DNA from: Haliotis cracherodii
Lineage: Eukaryota
Length of the DNA stretch: 64,000 bases
Direction of reading: 5' to 3'
Assembly (NCBI RefSeq): GCF_022045235.1
Contig: NW_027266343.1
Location: forward strand, 55,676,001 to 55,740,000
This document shows positions 50,629 to 63,392 of the stretch, piece by piece. The notes below the pieces were generated by a model, which searched no databases, was not told the DNA's origin, and saw nothing but the letters and a program-made list of their open reading frames with translations. Within the stretch, counting starts at the first letter, position 1; each line of letters starts with the position of its first letter. Made by a program: the position numbers and the translations under genes.

Positions 50629-52380
50629 CAGGGTTAGAATTTAATTTTTTTAGGCACAAGCAAATTTTTGCTTGTGGTTTTAAAAGATACAAGCAAAATC
50701 AGAAATCAACAAGCAATTATTTTTTCTCAACTCAAAACTTCAAAATATATATCACAAGATTGCATGATCATGATTTATGCTGCATATAAATAATGACTGA
50801 TTATGCATGTTATGACATTCAGATAACAAAGTGATTAAATTACACTCATAAAACATTTATCAAAGAAAATATCTGCATGTTTGTAAAACATTTTTATACA
50901 CCATTTCAAGTTCCAATCCTATTGTTTATAAAATATGTTATGTTTATCACATTATTTAGATAATGCATTTACAACTTAATTATGTTCATTGTAAATAAAG
51001 AAAATGTAAGCTAACACATTCATAACGTCCAGATTAAGGACCAAGGAAGATTTCATAAAAAACGCAATTGGAAAAATATTTTAAAATGAATTGTAAATAG
51101 ATTTGGTATATATGCCATCACCCATTTCCTGATAACAGTGGCTGTTCGTTCAGTAACATGAACAGATACCTCCGTTTTCGAATAACACGGTCGTCGAAGA
51201 CTGCCATGTGACACATCGCTAGAAAGCTTCGATAAAATTGGTTTCTAATGACTCTGTCTTTGCCAAAATCTGCTACAAGGTTCGTGACTGGTCAAATCTG
51301 AGCACGTGACCTAAGCCGGCCAATCAAATTACATCTATGGTCTGATAAATTTCAGAATTTGACGAAAGACTTTTGTTAAATCGTGTTATTCTGAACGTTT
51401 TAAGCAGGAAATTGCGATCTATATTAAAAATATGGAACTTCATAGATGTATTGTGCCAGGTTAAGAGCTGTGACAAAGATTTTTCATGCTTATATTTTTG
51501 CATTAAACATCGTCTCCGAACCGAGGAAATTGAGATGACGAAAGCCGAGATGTCATTTGACTTACATTACACGCGATCGCACGAAAAGATGGAAATAAGA
51601 ACTTAAATGTAAGTTTGACAACTTTAAAATTTTATCTATTACTTTGTATAATATATAGCTTGAAACGTCTTTACATTGCTTTGACATGTTCGATGTGGAC
51701 CCGTTGTGGAAAAGTGTTTTCGAGATTTTATTTTCAATAACATTGCGGGAAATAGTGAATATTTTTTTAATTTATCGATAAGAAATGATAAATTGAAATG
51801 GAATACGTATTTCAGACATTGTGAAATGTGATAGATTAAATAAATGAATCATAGGACAGGTAGGTTAATAAAATTATATATTATTTTGACGTGACAACGG
51901 CTTCGTCAGTCTGAACCGGCCTACGGGTGTCGTCTGGGATTCGAGGATGGCATGTCATCTTAAGATAAGAAACGACCTTGGGTCAATTGAATAAATTACC
52001 GATGACAGTTTTTACGGCATTTGATTGGTGTCCCGAAAATAGACATACGTCATTTCCATAATATTAATCCTCGTGCTATATGTTCATTGGTCAAAAAGAG
52101 CTCGGAATAGTCCGCGTTCACAAAAGTTGAAAAGAAGTAAAAGTTTTTCCTGGAAACGCGAATTGGGAGGTAACTCTAAATTGGAGGTAAACAAATCAAG
52201 GAAAATCTTCGCGAAATCAAATGTTATCACAGTGTATTTAGAAATTTAGGTATTTCTCAACCAATTGTTGAACGGAAAAAAGCAAGACGCAAAAAAATTT
52301 GTCTTTATTTTGAATCATAGACGCAAAATCATAAATTAAGATGCATTTTGCGTCTTAGCGTCCATTAATTTTGAACCCTG
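50629..52380. mobile_element. hAT-like non-autonomous DNA transposon (1.75 kb)
   Basis: TIR cagggttagaatttaat / attaattttgaaccctg; subterminal acaagcaa and agacgcaa repeats; imperfect TSD; no transposase ORF. Confidence 0.8.
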
Positions 52381-52383
52381 CAT

Positions 52384-52533
52384 GGGGTGGTCGGGTAGCC
52401 ACGTGGTTAAAGCGTTTCCTCGTCATGCTAAAGACCCGGGTTTGATTCCCGACATGGGTACAATGTGTGACATTGCTGGAATATTGCTAAAAGCGGCGGT
52501 AAACCATACTCACTCACTCACTCACTCACTCTC
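52384..52533 (+). mobile_element. SINE family A, internally deleted
   Basis: TSD ctcaaattgtacat at 50612 and 52534, separated by the later DNA transposon insertion. Confidence 0.88.
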
Positions 52534-53479
52534 TCAAATTGTACATAGATGTTATCAGTGAGGATGTCCAGCTTTTTATATATTGTTTTGTCATTGAGTT
52601 TCAGATGGCATTTGCTTTTATTTTTGAATAAGTGTACTTGACCTTTGAAGATAGAGATGATCTATGGTCATAGACTTTAGTGACAGATGCCCGATAAGTT
52701 ATGAAGTTTGTCTTGGAGGATAGAGATATTCAAAGTTGAAAAAAAAACCTCTCAGCTGGCTCAGTCACTATGGCCAAGGGTATGGATGTTAGCACAACTA
52801 AAGACTGACTCAGCTGACTCAGTTAAAAAGAGAAAAAGAAGATTACTCCCATCCCACACTATCTGTCTCACCTGACAAGCTCAAAAAACCTTTGACAAGA
52901 TTTATTCATATGTAAACCAGAAAAAGATATTTTAAAGGACAAAATATTGCAGGTCCTTTGAAGCATGACAGGTTATATGAAGTATACAGACCCACCAAGA
53001 GTGTTGTTGAGTAACACCAGTCACAACTATACAGGTTATCCTTGCATGTAATGTTGGGAGAAATGGCACAAATGTTGTGTAAATGGAAGGTCCATCTGCC
53101 TCTGATTATGTTGAGTTGAAAAAACCCAAAACATTTCCCAATTCGGATACAGAACATGTGTCTCTATTTTCCTCCTGAAATAAAAGTTCATGTTGCCACT
53201 GAAAACATCTATCTTTTTGTCTACAACCTTTTCCCTTTAGAAAATATTTTCATTGATCCACCGATAAACCCGCTCCTTGTGTCCCCTTTCCACTTACTCT
53301 ATTCTTCTCTTTCCTTTTCCTTGCGTATCCACCCTTCATCCTCCTCGCGTCCGCCGACCCACAACCCCTCCCTCCATCCTGTTGCTTGGTCTGTAAACAC
53401 CATCCTCGTGTTGTGTTTGCACCAATGCATCACTTTACCATATAAAGTTGACATGACCTGATATAACTGGACTACTGTT

Positions 53480-54212
53480 ACCCCCACCTCATCCCTCTTA
53501 CCCGCACTCCCAACCCTCAGCCCCCCTCTTCCACCTCTTCCTCCCAACCCCATCCCTCCTCCACCTCTTCCTCCCCAACCCCACAACCCAATCCCTCCTC
53601 CATCTCTTCCTCCCCAACCCACAGTCCCTCCCTCCTCCACCTCTTCCTCCCCAACCCCACAACCCCATCCCTCCTCCACCTCTTCCTCCCCAACCCCACA
53701 ACCCAATCCCTCCTCCATCTCTTCCTCCCCAACCCACAATCCCTCCCTCCTCCACCTCTTCCTCCCCAACCCCACAACCCAATCCCTCCTCCATCTCTTC
53801 CTCCCCAACCCCACAACCCAATCCCTCCTCCATCTCTTCCTCCCCAACCCACAACCCCCTCCCTCCTCCACCTCTTCCTCCCCAACCCCACAACCCCTCC
53901 CTCCACCTCTTCCTCCCAACCCTATCCCTCCTCCACCTCTTCCTCCCAACCCCAGAACCCTCTCCTTCCTCCACCTCTTCCTCCCCAACCCCACAACCCC
54001 TCCCTCCACCTCTTCCTCCCAACCCACTCCCTCCACCTCTTCCGCCTCAACCCCACAACCCCTCCCTCCTCCACCTCTTCCTCCCACAACCCAATCCCTC
54101 CTCAACTCTTCCTCTCCAACCCCCCTCCCTCCTCCATCTCCCCAACCCGACAACCCTATCCCTCCTCCACCTCTCCCTCTTGCCCTCGCCCCTCCTTCTT
54201 CTCCTCACCTCT
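53480..54212. repeat. C-rich tandem tract (ccctcctccacctcttcctccccaaccccacaac)
   Basis: About 35-40 bp units. Confidence 0.93.
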
Positions 54213-54669
54213 GCTGATGACATTCAGTGCAGCATGTTCATGCACTGACTGGAGGCTTGTCTTGTTATGTAACTGAAGTTTCTAGCCATGAGGATGAGTC
54301 ACTATCGGTCTTCACATATTCCGCCCACACATGACTGTGATGTACCTGCTGGGTATGCATACAACGGCAGTGAAATTAAGGGGTACTGGAGTCTTTAAGG
54401 TTTCCTCATACGTGGGGACGCCCCCTTTTACTTGCCACTCCTTGTAAACATGATTTGTAAATTGACCTACTTGATCATTGCTTGCGTCTTGCCATGGAAT
54501 TCTGTTTGATATAGATTAACAGTTTTTCTGTTCTTTAGATCCTTTAAGTACAAGCATTTTACAGGTTAAAGGCAATAATTTATTTTCGTGTAGATATTTC
54601 AGTGTAATCTTACCACAAATGTATCCTAGTTATAGACACAGTATGGAAGTCACTGCCTAAATGTCATTG

Positions 54670-55048
54670 TGGGAGTATGGGTAGCCCAGTAGGTAAAGTG
54701 TTTGCTCGTCCAGGTGAACAACAGGGTTTGACTCCATTAAGGTACAATGGAGGCAGGGGCAGAGCATGGGTCATCTAAGTCGCGGCAATTTGTGTGCAGA
54801 TTTGCATCCCATGACTGTGGGTTCGAATCCCATTTCTTGCTGGTTATGTTTCTAGGTGTGTCTGCACCATACCCTTGCTTGCGGATTCACCAAACTGATA
54901 AATGTCTAACACCTACATCACCTCAAATTTCGCTCCTACATATTGAGGACCTTCTGTTATATAAGTGACATACTGTTCAAAGCGATGTGGGGGCAGTCAG
55001 GTAGCCTGGCAGTTAAAGCGTTCACTCATTACGCTGAGGACCTGGTTC
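54670..55048 (+). mobile_element. Cluster of degenerate SINE fragments (A head, D body, A head)
   Basis: gggtagcccagtaggtaaag; gtgggttcgaatcc..ttatgtttctagg; ggtagcctggcagttaaagcgttc. Confidence 0.65.
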
Positions 55049-55264
55049 CAAGGCAAAGTCATTCTGATTAATAGATTAAAGAAGCTATGAGTGGAACTTT
55101 AATGTATAGTCAATGAATGAGAGGTCTTGTCAGTAGTTAAGAAAGGGTAACAGATCTTGTCTGACTCACTAAATACAGGCATTGCGTATAAATGAACTCT
55201 GCTGCAGTGCCACTTGTAGCTTAGACATGTATACTGTTATGAGGTCATGTCACATGGGACTCTA

Positions 55265-56095
55265 AGGAGCTCTTAGGAGCCCTGAGCAGCCTTTGGAGCC
55301 CTGAGCAGCTCTTGGAGCCCTGTGCAGCTCTTGGAAGCCTTGAGGAGCTCCTGAGAGCCCTGAACAGTAAGCCTTGAGCAGCTCTTGGGAGCCCTGAGCA
55401 GCCCTGTGCAGCTCTTGGAGCCCTGTGCAGCTCTTGGAAGCCTTGAGGAGCTCCTGGGAGCCCTGAACAGTAAGCCTTGAGCAGCTCTTGGGAGCCCTGA
55501 GCAGCCCTTGGAGCCCTGAGCAGCCCTTGGAGCCCTGTGCAGCTCTTGGAGCCCTGTGCAGCTCTTGGAAGCCTTGAGGAGCTCCTGGGAGCCCTGAACA
55601 GTAAGCCTTGAGCAGCTCTTGGGAGCCCTGGGGACCCCGTGCAGCTCCTGGGAGCCCTGGGGACCCCGTGCAGCTCCTGGGAGCCCTGAGCAGCTTTTGG
55701 AGCCCTGAGCAGCTCCTACAAGCCTTGTGCAGCTCCTACACGCCCTGTGCAGCTCTTGGGAACCATGAGGAGCTTTTGGAGCCCTGAGCAGCTCCTACGA
55801 GCTTTGTGCAGCTCCTACACGCCCTGTGCAGCTCTTGGGAACCATGAGGAGCTCCTGGGAGCCCTGAACAGTAAGCCTTGAGCAGCTCTTGGGAGCCTTG
55901 AGCAGCTCTTAGGAGCCCTGGGGACCCCGTGCAGCTCTTGGGAGCCTTGAGCAGGTCCTACAAGCCTTGTGCAGCTCCTACACGCCCTGTGCCGCTCCTG
56001 GAAACCATGAGGAGCTCCAGGAGCCCTGAGCAGGTCCTACAAGTTCTGTGCAGCTCCTGGGAGCCCTGAGCAGCTCTTGGGAGCCATGAGGAGCC
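55265..56095. repeat. About 20-bp minisatellite (gagccctgagcagctcttgg)
   Basis: Tandem imperfect copies with higher-order blocks. Confidence 0.93.
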
Positions 56096-56154
56096 CACTC
56101 CCCAATGTACCATGTTGTCCTTTAGTCAAGAAGTAGCCTTAGTTAGGTTTCTTT

Positions 56155-56402
56155 AATAGGTCTTCAGCAACCCATGCTTGTTGTAAAAGGCGACTCTGCT
56201 TGTCATAAGAGGTGACTAACAGGATCAGGTGGTCAGGCTCGCTGACTTGGGTGAGGCATGTCATTAATCCGAACTGTGTGGATTTATGTGCATGACGTCA
56301 ATCACTGGATTCTCTGATCCAGACTCGATTAACAGACTGCCGTCATATAGCTTGAATATTGCTGAGTGCAGAGTTTAAACAACATACAAACTAACAAACA
56401 AA
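56155..56402 (+). mobile_element. Retroposon family B
   Basis: Consensus match from aataggtcttc. Confidence 0.85.
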
Positions 56403-56929
56403 CTCTGTATGAAAGACAATCTTGTTCTCACTAAACATGTCAAAACAGATTCATCCTTAAGACAACATGACATTTCAGAATGTTTGTTTTTGTGTTCTTT
56501 AATGTTGCTCAATATTGCACAACTGGTGCAGGGTGTGAAAGGTTCACTTTGACATTTGGGTGCACAGGATGCACATATAACTGCACCTGCTGTGCTTGCT
56601 GAATCTCAGTTGGACGACGCCCCCTCACGCCCACGCCTCATGGCGCTGTGAAATATTCATACACCTCTCGTCAAGAGAACCGAGGGAAGAATTTTACATG
56701 AGTTTTAATCTGCTAATGTTTTTATGAAATTTGAATCAGTCACTCTTGTCCATTAGTTCCGATCGTTGCCTGTATGGTCCCTGGAGATTGTACCTCACAA
56801 AAAGCAATTTTAAAATGACACTTGAAATCTATTATTTATGTTGGAGTGCTATACTCATGTGGGAGTCGAAATGATGAGAAGTACTTTTGTTTTAAATGTT
56901 CTGTGTTCGACCACATTTCCTCTTATTTT

Positions 56930-57098
56930 AGGGGCGGTTGGGTAGCCTAGTGGTTAAAGCGTTCGCTCGCCACACCGAAGACCCGGGTTCGATTCCCGAC
57001 ATGGGTACAATGTGTGAAGCCCATTTCTGGTGTCCCTCGCTGTGATATTGCTGGAATATTGCTAAAAGCGGCGTAAAACCATACTCACTCACTCACTC
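56930..57098 (+). mobile_element. SINE family A
   Basis: Near consensus; TSD cctcttatt. Confidence 0.9.
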
Positions 57099-57323
57099 CT
57101 CTTATTATATGGCTGTTGTGGTCATGTCTTCTAACAGGGTCATTGTGATTCATGGAAAGGATTTGAAGTTATTGTTTTGTACAATTGGGTGTGGCCTTGT
57201 GACAAAACAATGGCACTCTTTGTCAGTTTCATAAATTGAAATGCTGTTTTTTTCCTTCAAAGAAGTAGCTGTTCTATTTTATAAATTGTATTAAATATCA
57301 GCATGGGTAATAAGTTCATGTGG

Positions 57324-57478
57324 CACATAGAGCTATGAATTATTACTCCCTCATCAATCGATGTGTTAATCTAATCCTCCTGTGAAGATATGGACTTTAA
57401 CACATAGAGCTATGAATTATTACTCCCTCATCAATCGATGTGTTAATCCAATCCTCCTGTGAAGATATGGACTTTTAC
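57324..57478. repeat. Local tandem duplication, about 77 bp x2
   Basis: cacatagagctatgaattattactccctcatcaatcgatg.. occurs twice. Confidence 0.9.
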
Positions 57479-57532
57479 ACTGCAGATTCTGCCAGAGATG
57501 TGTGCTGCTATTCCTTGTAGCTTTGAAGTTGA

Positions 57533-57806
57533 GGGGGCTCAGGTGGCCCACTTGTCTGAAGCGCCTAAATACGCTGTGCAGAGTTGCATCCCTTGGGCAT
57601 GCCCGGAAACTGTGATCGTGGGTTAGAATCCTAGTTCACCCTGATTATGGTGCTAGGTTTTGTCATAGGGTTTCACTAAAGTCGTAAACATCTTGGAGCT
57701 GCATATCACTGTGGGCTTTCCTCTCACATTATGCTGACATGCTGTGATATAAGATATAACTGGAATACTGTTCAAAGCAATGTTAAACCCAACTTACTCA
57801 CTCACT
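57533..57806 (+). mobile_element. SINE family D
   Basis: Head, body and tail align with the 63108 copy. Confidence 0.85.
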
Positions 57807-57869
57807 TAAGGTGAGACATTGTTTTTGGCTCCCTTACTGTTCCTGTTGGTGCTGGCGTTCCCATCCTAT

Positions 57870-58192
57870 TCCAAGCCATAACGTGTAAACCAATGTTTCA
57901 ATGAAACTTGCTCTACGCATTGCTCAATAGCTTAATTTTTTTTTAAGCTTCCATGGAAACAATTTTTACTTAGTTTCAAATAGGGGTAGTGTTTGTTTCC
58001 GGGTCATATGTTGAAATCTGTTCAACACATTTCAACAAAACTTGGGATATTCATTGGTCATCAGCTTCGCTAGTACCTATTGCTATTTTGAAATTGTTCT
58101 AAGTTTTGTTTGTTATGTTTCTATGGAAACCATTTTGACTTAGTCTAAAACGAGGGTAGGGTTTGTTTCCAGGACATAACTTGAAAACCTTT
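57870..58192. repeat. Two about 190-bp units resembling Helentron/HINE internal repeats
   Basis: tttcaa..aaacttg, catggaaac and gggtag.gtttgtttcc each occur twice; related motif near 10390-10520. Confidence 0.4.
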
Positions 58193-58195
58193 CTT

Positions 58196-58275
58196 GATTA
58201 TTTACAGATCGCCGTCATATAGCTGGAATATTGCTGAGTGTAGCGTAAAACAACAAACCAACCAACCAAACCAAC
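58196..58275 (+). mobile_element. Retroposon family B, 3' end only
   Basis: gattatttacagatcgccgtcatatagctggaatattgctgagtg..(aacc)n. Confidence 0.8.
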
Positions 58276-58295
58276 CATAATGCTCAAACTAATGA

Positions 58296-61200
58296 TGTTA
58301 CTACTGTATGTCTATATTCAATGTGGGAGGTACCAGTCGTAACACTAGGGTCACCTTGTACAACTGTAACTACTGTATGTCTATATTCAATGTGGGAGGT
58401 ACCAGTCGTAACACTAAGGTCACCATGTACAACTGTTACTACTGTATGTCTATATTCAGTGTGGGAGGTACCAGTCGTAACACTAGGGTCACCTTGTACA
58501 ACTGTTACTACTGTATGTCTATATTCAGTGTGGGAGGTACCAGTCGTAACACTAGGGTCACCTTGTACAACTGTTACTACTGTATGTCTATATTCAGTGT
58601 GGGAGGTACCAGTCGTAACACTAGGGTCACCATGTACAACTGTTACTACTGTATGTCTATATTCAGTGTGGGAGGTACCAGTCGTAACACTAGGGTCACC
58701 TTGTACAACTGTAACTACTGTATGTCTATATTCAGTGTGGGAGGTACCAGTCGTAACACTAGGGTCACCTTGTACAACTGTTACTACTGTTACTACTGTA
58801 TGTCTATATTCAGTGTGGGAGGTACCAGTCGTAACACTAGGGTCACCTTGTACAACTGTTACTACTGTTACTACTGTATGTCTATATTCAGTGTGGGAGG
58901 TACCAGTCGTAACACTAGCGTCACCATGTACAACTGTTACTACTGTTACTACTGTATGTCTATATTCAATGTGGGAGGTACCAGTCGTAACACTAGGGTC
59001 ACCTTGTACAACTGTTACTACTGTATGTCTATATTCAGTGTGGGAGGTACCAGTCGTAACACTAGGGTCACCTTGTACAACTGTTACTACTGTCTGTCTA
59101 TATTCAGTGTGGGAGGTACCAGTCGTAACACTAGGGTCACCTTGTACAACTGTTACTACTGTATGTCTATATTCAGTGTGGGAGGTACCAGTCGTAACAC
59201 TAGGGTCACCTTGTACAACTGTTACTACTGTATGTCTATATTCAGTGTGGGAGGTACCAGTCGTAACACTAGGGTCACCATGTACAACTGTTACTACTGT
59301 ATGTCTATATTCAGTGTGGGAGGTACCAGTCGTAACACTAGGGTCACCTTGTACAACTGTAACTACTGTATGTCTATATTCAGTGTGGGAGGTACCAGTC
59401 GTAACACTAGGGTCACCTTGTACAACTGTTACTACTGTTACTACTGTATGTCTATATTCAGTGTGGGAGGTACCAGTCGTAACACTAGGGTCACCTTGTA
59501 CAACTGTTACTACTGTTACTACTGTATGTCTATATTCAGTGTGGGAGGTACCAGTCGTAACACTAGCGTCACCATGTACAACTGTTACTACTGTTACTAC
59601 TGTATGTCTATATTCAATGTGGGAGGTACCAGTCGTAACACTAGGGTCACCTTGTACAACTGTTACTACTGTATGTCTATATTCAGTGTGGGAGGTACCA
59701 GTCGTAACACTAGGGTCACCTTGTACAACTGTTACTACTGTCTGTCTATATTCAGTGTGGGAGGTACCAGTCGTAACACTAGGGTCACCTTGTACAACTG
59801 TTACTACTGTATGTCTATATTCAGTGTGGGAGGTACCAGTCGTAACACTAGGGTCACCTTGTACAACTGTAACTACTGTATGTCTATATTCAGTGTGGGA
59901 GGTACCAGTCGTAACACTAGCGTCACCTTGTACAACTGTAACTACTGTATGTATATATTCAATGTGGGAGGTACCAGTCGTAACACTAGGGTCACCTTGT
60001 ACAACTGTTACTACTGTATGTCTATATTCAGTGTGGGAGGTACCAGTCGTAACACTAGGGTCACCTTGTACAACTGTTACTACTGTATGTCTATATTCAA
60101 TGTGGGAGGTACCAGTCGTAACACTATGGTTGTCTTGTACAACTGTTACTACTGTATGTCTATATTCAATGTGGGAGGTACCAGTCCTAACACTAGCGTC
60201 ACCTTGTACAACTGTAACTACTGTATGTCTATATTCAATGTGGGAGGTACCAGTCGTAACACTAGGGTCACCTTATACAACTGTTACTACTGTATGTATA
60301 TATTCAGTGTGGGAGGTACCAGTCGTAACACTAGGGTCACCTTGTACAACTGTAACTACTGTATGTCTATATTCAGTGTGGGAGGTACCAGTCGTAACAC
60401 TAGCGTCACCTTGTACAACTGTAACTACTGTATGTCTATATTCAATGTGGGAGGTACCAGTCGTAACACTAGCGTCACCTTGTACAACCGTTACTACTGC
60501 ATGTCTATATTCAGTGTGAGGTACCAGTCGTAACACTAGGGTCACCTTGTACAACTGTTACTACTGTATGTCTATATTCAATGTGGGAGGTACCAGTCGT
60601 AACACTAGCGTCACCTTGTACAACTGTAACTACTGTATGTCTATATTCAGTGTGGGAGGTACCAGTCGTAACACTAGGGTTGTCTTGTACAACTGTTACT
60701 ACTGTATGTCTATATTCAATGTGGGAGGTACCAGTCGTAACACTAGCGTCACCTTGTACAACTGTTACTACTGTATGTCTATATTCAATGTGGGAGGTAC
60801 CAGTCGTAACACTAGCGTCACCTTGTACAACTGTTACTACTGTATGTCTATATTCAGTGTGGGAGGTACCAGTCGTAACACAAGGGTCACCTTGTACAAC
60901 TGTTACTACTGTATGTCTATATTCAATGTGGGAGGTACCAGTCGTAACACTAGCGTCACCTTGTACAACTGTAACTACTGTATGTCTATATTCAATGTGG
61001 GAGGTACCAGTCGTAACACTAGCTTCACCTTGTACAACTGTAACTACTGTATGTATATATTCAATGTGGGAGGTACCAGTCGTAACACTAGGGTCACCTT
61101 GTACAACTGTAACTACTGTATGTATATATTCAGTGTGAGGTACCAGTCGTAACACTAGGGTCACCTTGTACAACTGTTACTACTGTTACTACTGTATGTC

Positions 61201-61958
61201 TATATTCAGTGTGGGAGGTACCAGTCGTAACACTAGCGTCACCTTGTACAACTGTTACTACTGTATGTCTATATTCAATGTGGGAGGTACCAGTCGTAAC
61301 ACTAGCGTCACCTTGTACAACTGTTACTACTGTATGTCTATATTCAGTGTGTGAGGTACCAGTCGTAACACTAGGGTCACCTTGTACAACTGTTACTACT
61401 GTATGTCTATATTCAATGTGGGAGGTACCAGTCGTAACACTAGCGTCACCTTGTACAACTGTTACTACTGTATGTCTATATTCAATGTGGGAGGTACCAG
61501 TCGTAACACTAGCGTCACCTTGTACAACTGTTACTACTGTATGTTTATATTCAATGTGGGAGGTACCAGTCGTAACACTGGGGTCACCTTGTACAACTGT
61601 TACTACTGTATGTCTATATTCAGTGTGTGAGGTACCAGTCGTAACACTAGGGTCACCTTGTACAACTGTTACTACTGTATGTCTATATTCAATGTGGGAG
61701 GTACCAGTCGTAACACTAGGGTCACCTTGTACAACTGTTACTACTGTATGTCTATATTCAGTGTGGGAGGTACCAGTCGTAACACTAGGGTCACCTTGTA
61801 CAACTGTTACTACTGTATGTCTATATTCAATGTGGGAGGTACCAGTCGTAACACTAGGGTCACCTTGTACAACTGTTACTACTGTTACTACTGTATGTCT
61901 ATATTCAATGTGGGAGGTACCAGTCGTAACACTGGGGTCACCTTGTACAACTGTTACC
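58296..61958. repeat. 69-bp satellite, about 53 copies
   Basis: tgtatgtctatattcagtgtgggaggtaccagtcgtaacactagggtcaccttgtacaactgttactac; some units have an extra 9 bp. Confidence 0.98.
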
Positions 61959-63107
61959 AGGTTTTATCTTCCTAACAATGTATTATTATTGTTATTATTA
62001 ATTTTTTTTAATGTATCTATCTCATTAGGTGTTAAATAGATGTAGGTATATTTTTTATTGTTTAAACATAAAAAAAGAATTAAAAATAAATAAAAGTCAA
62101 ATGGTTTACTAAAAAATATGAAAGGTTGCCAAAGTACTAATTATTTACAATAAATACGAAGGTAAAATAATACATATGCAGTTTTAAAATCCTGACTCAG
62201 TTTCCTTGTGCATGTAATGAGATTAATATTTATCACAAGATTGAGAGGGTTTTGAATTTTAGTTTTATTTTCCTGGAAGTGAAAGAAATATTTTTTGAAG
62301 TCAATATGAATGTAGCTTTAGATCACAGCAAAGTACCCTTATAACAAGACATCAGACCATGCCACTTAATTTGTCAGAAGCCATGATTTCTTCTTAGTGA
62401 AGAAAACTGGGTCAGTGTTTGAACAAATGATACCAGTCAAGAGGTTTGACATGAGGTATCCAGAATGTCATGATTAATCAAGGATGTCAAATATGGAATT
62501 TGTCGCTGAAAAAAATGGCTACCTTTTTAAAATGCCCAAATTTAATATCCTGTCTGCTTTTAGAGAATGATTTGACAGCATGACAGCTTAAAGTCACATC
62601 AAAGAAGCATGCTGTCTCTTCTAATAAAATAATTATTTTATCATCTGACTGACTGTATAAATTGTATTTTAAACATTTGATTTAAATAATAATGAGATTT
62701 GAAAATATGAGAGACATTCAATTTTTACAATTGTTTTGAGAATAAATTGACATATTGCATGGTTGAAAATTTATTCGTGGAAGTGGAAGGGTCCTTGTCA
62801 TGATCCCATATTTTAATTTTTTATTCAATTCAGTATTTGACATTACAGAGTTATACATGGAGTAGCACGTCTTGTAGCATACTTGTTAGGTATAGGTTAC
62901 CTATACAGCAGACAGCAGGTCAGCAAGTTTAAGTTCGCTACAGGTGTCCATCAAAGTTTACACATGGTGAAAACCGGCAAATATTTGCCATATTTATTAA
63001 TTAAGTGTGGAGCTAAATCCTTACAAATTGGTTGTGTAAAAACAAATATATATTTAAAAAAAAATTTCATGATCCCATATTAATCAGATGGTGGTTCCTA
63101 GATGCCA

Positions 63108-63392
63108 GGGGGCACGGGTGGCCCAGTTGTCTAAGGCGCCACGATTCGCTGTGCAGAGTTTCGTCACTTGGGCACGCCAGAAACCTATGATTGTGGGTTC
63201 GAATACCGGTTCGCCCCAATTATGTTTCTAGGTTTGTCAGCACCATACCCGTGCTCGTGGGTTTCACCGAAGTGGTAAACGTCTGAGACCGGCATCACTT
63301 TGGGCTTTCCTCCCACATTAAGCTGACACACCGCGATATAACTGGAATACCGTTAAAAGCGGCGTTAAACCCAACACACTCACTCACTCACT
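63108..63392 (+). mobile_element. SINE family D, full length
   Basis: A box tggcccagttgtc, B box gggttcgaatacc; 12-bp TSD tcctagatgcca. Confidence 0.9.

Noticed and set aside
47907-54153. Gly-rich/Pro-rich ORFs in the G- and C-rich tracts
   Set aside because: Low-complexity DNA lacking stop codons.
56930-57005. tRNA-Asp gene (and similar heads in families A, C, D)
   Set aside because: Continues into SINE body and tail with TSDs; acceptor stem not intact; multicopy and diverged.
58308-60533. 741-aa Cys/Tyr-rich and 732-aa Thr/Val-rich ORFs as a shell-matrix-like protein
   Set aside because: Pure 69-bp satellite open in several frames; no signal peptide or unique domain; frameshift and stop variants occur within the array.
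58296-61958. CRISPR-like array (also 12950-13226, 26250-28115)
   Set aside because: No unique spacers, no cas genes, eukaryotic context.
12950-61958. Relationship between the two 69-bp arrays
   Set aside because: Same unit length but no sequence similarity; treated as coincidence.
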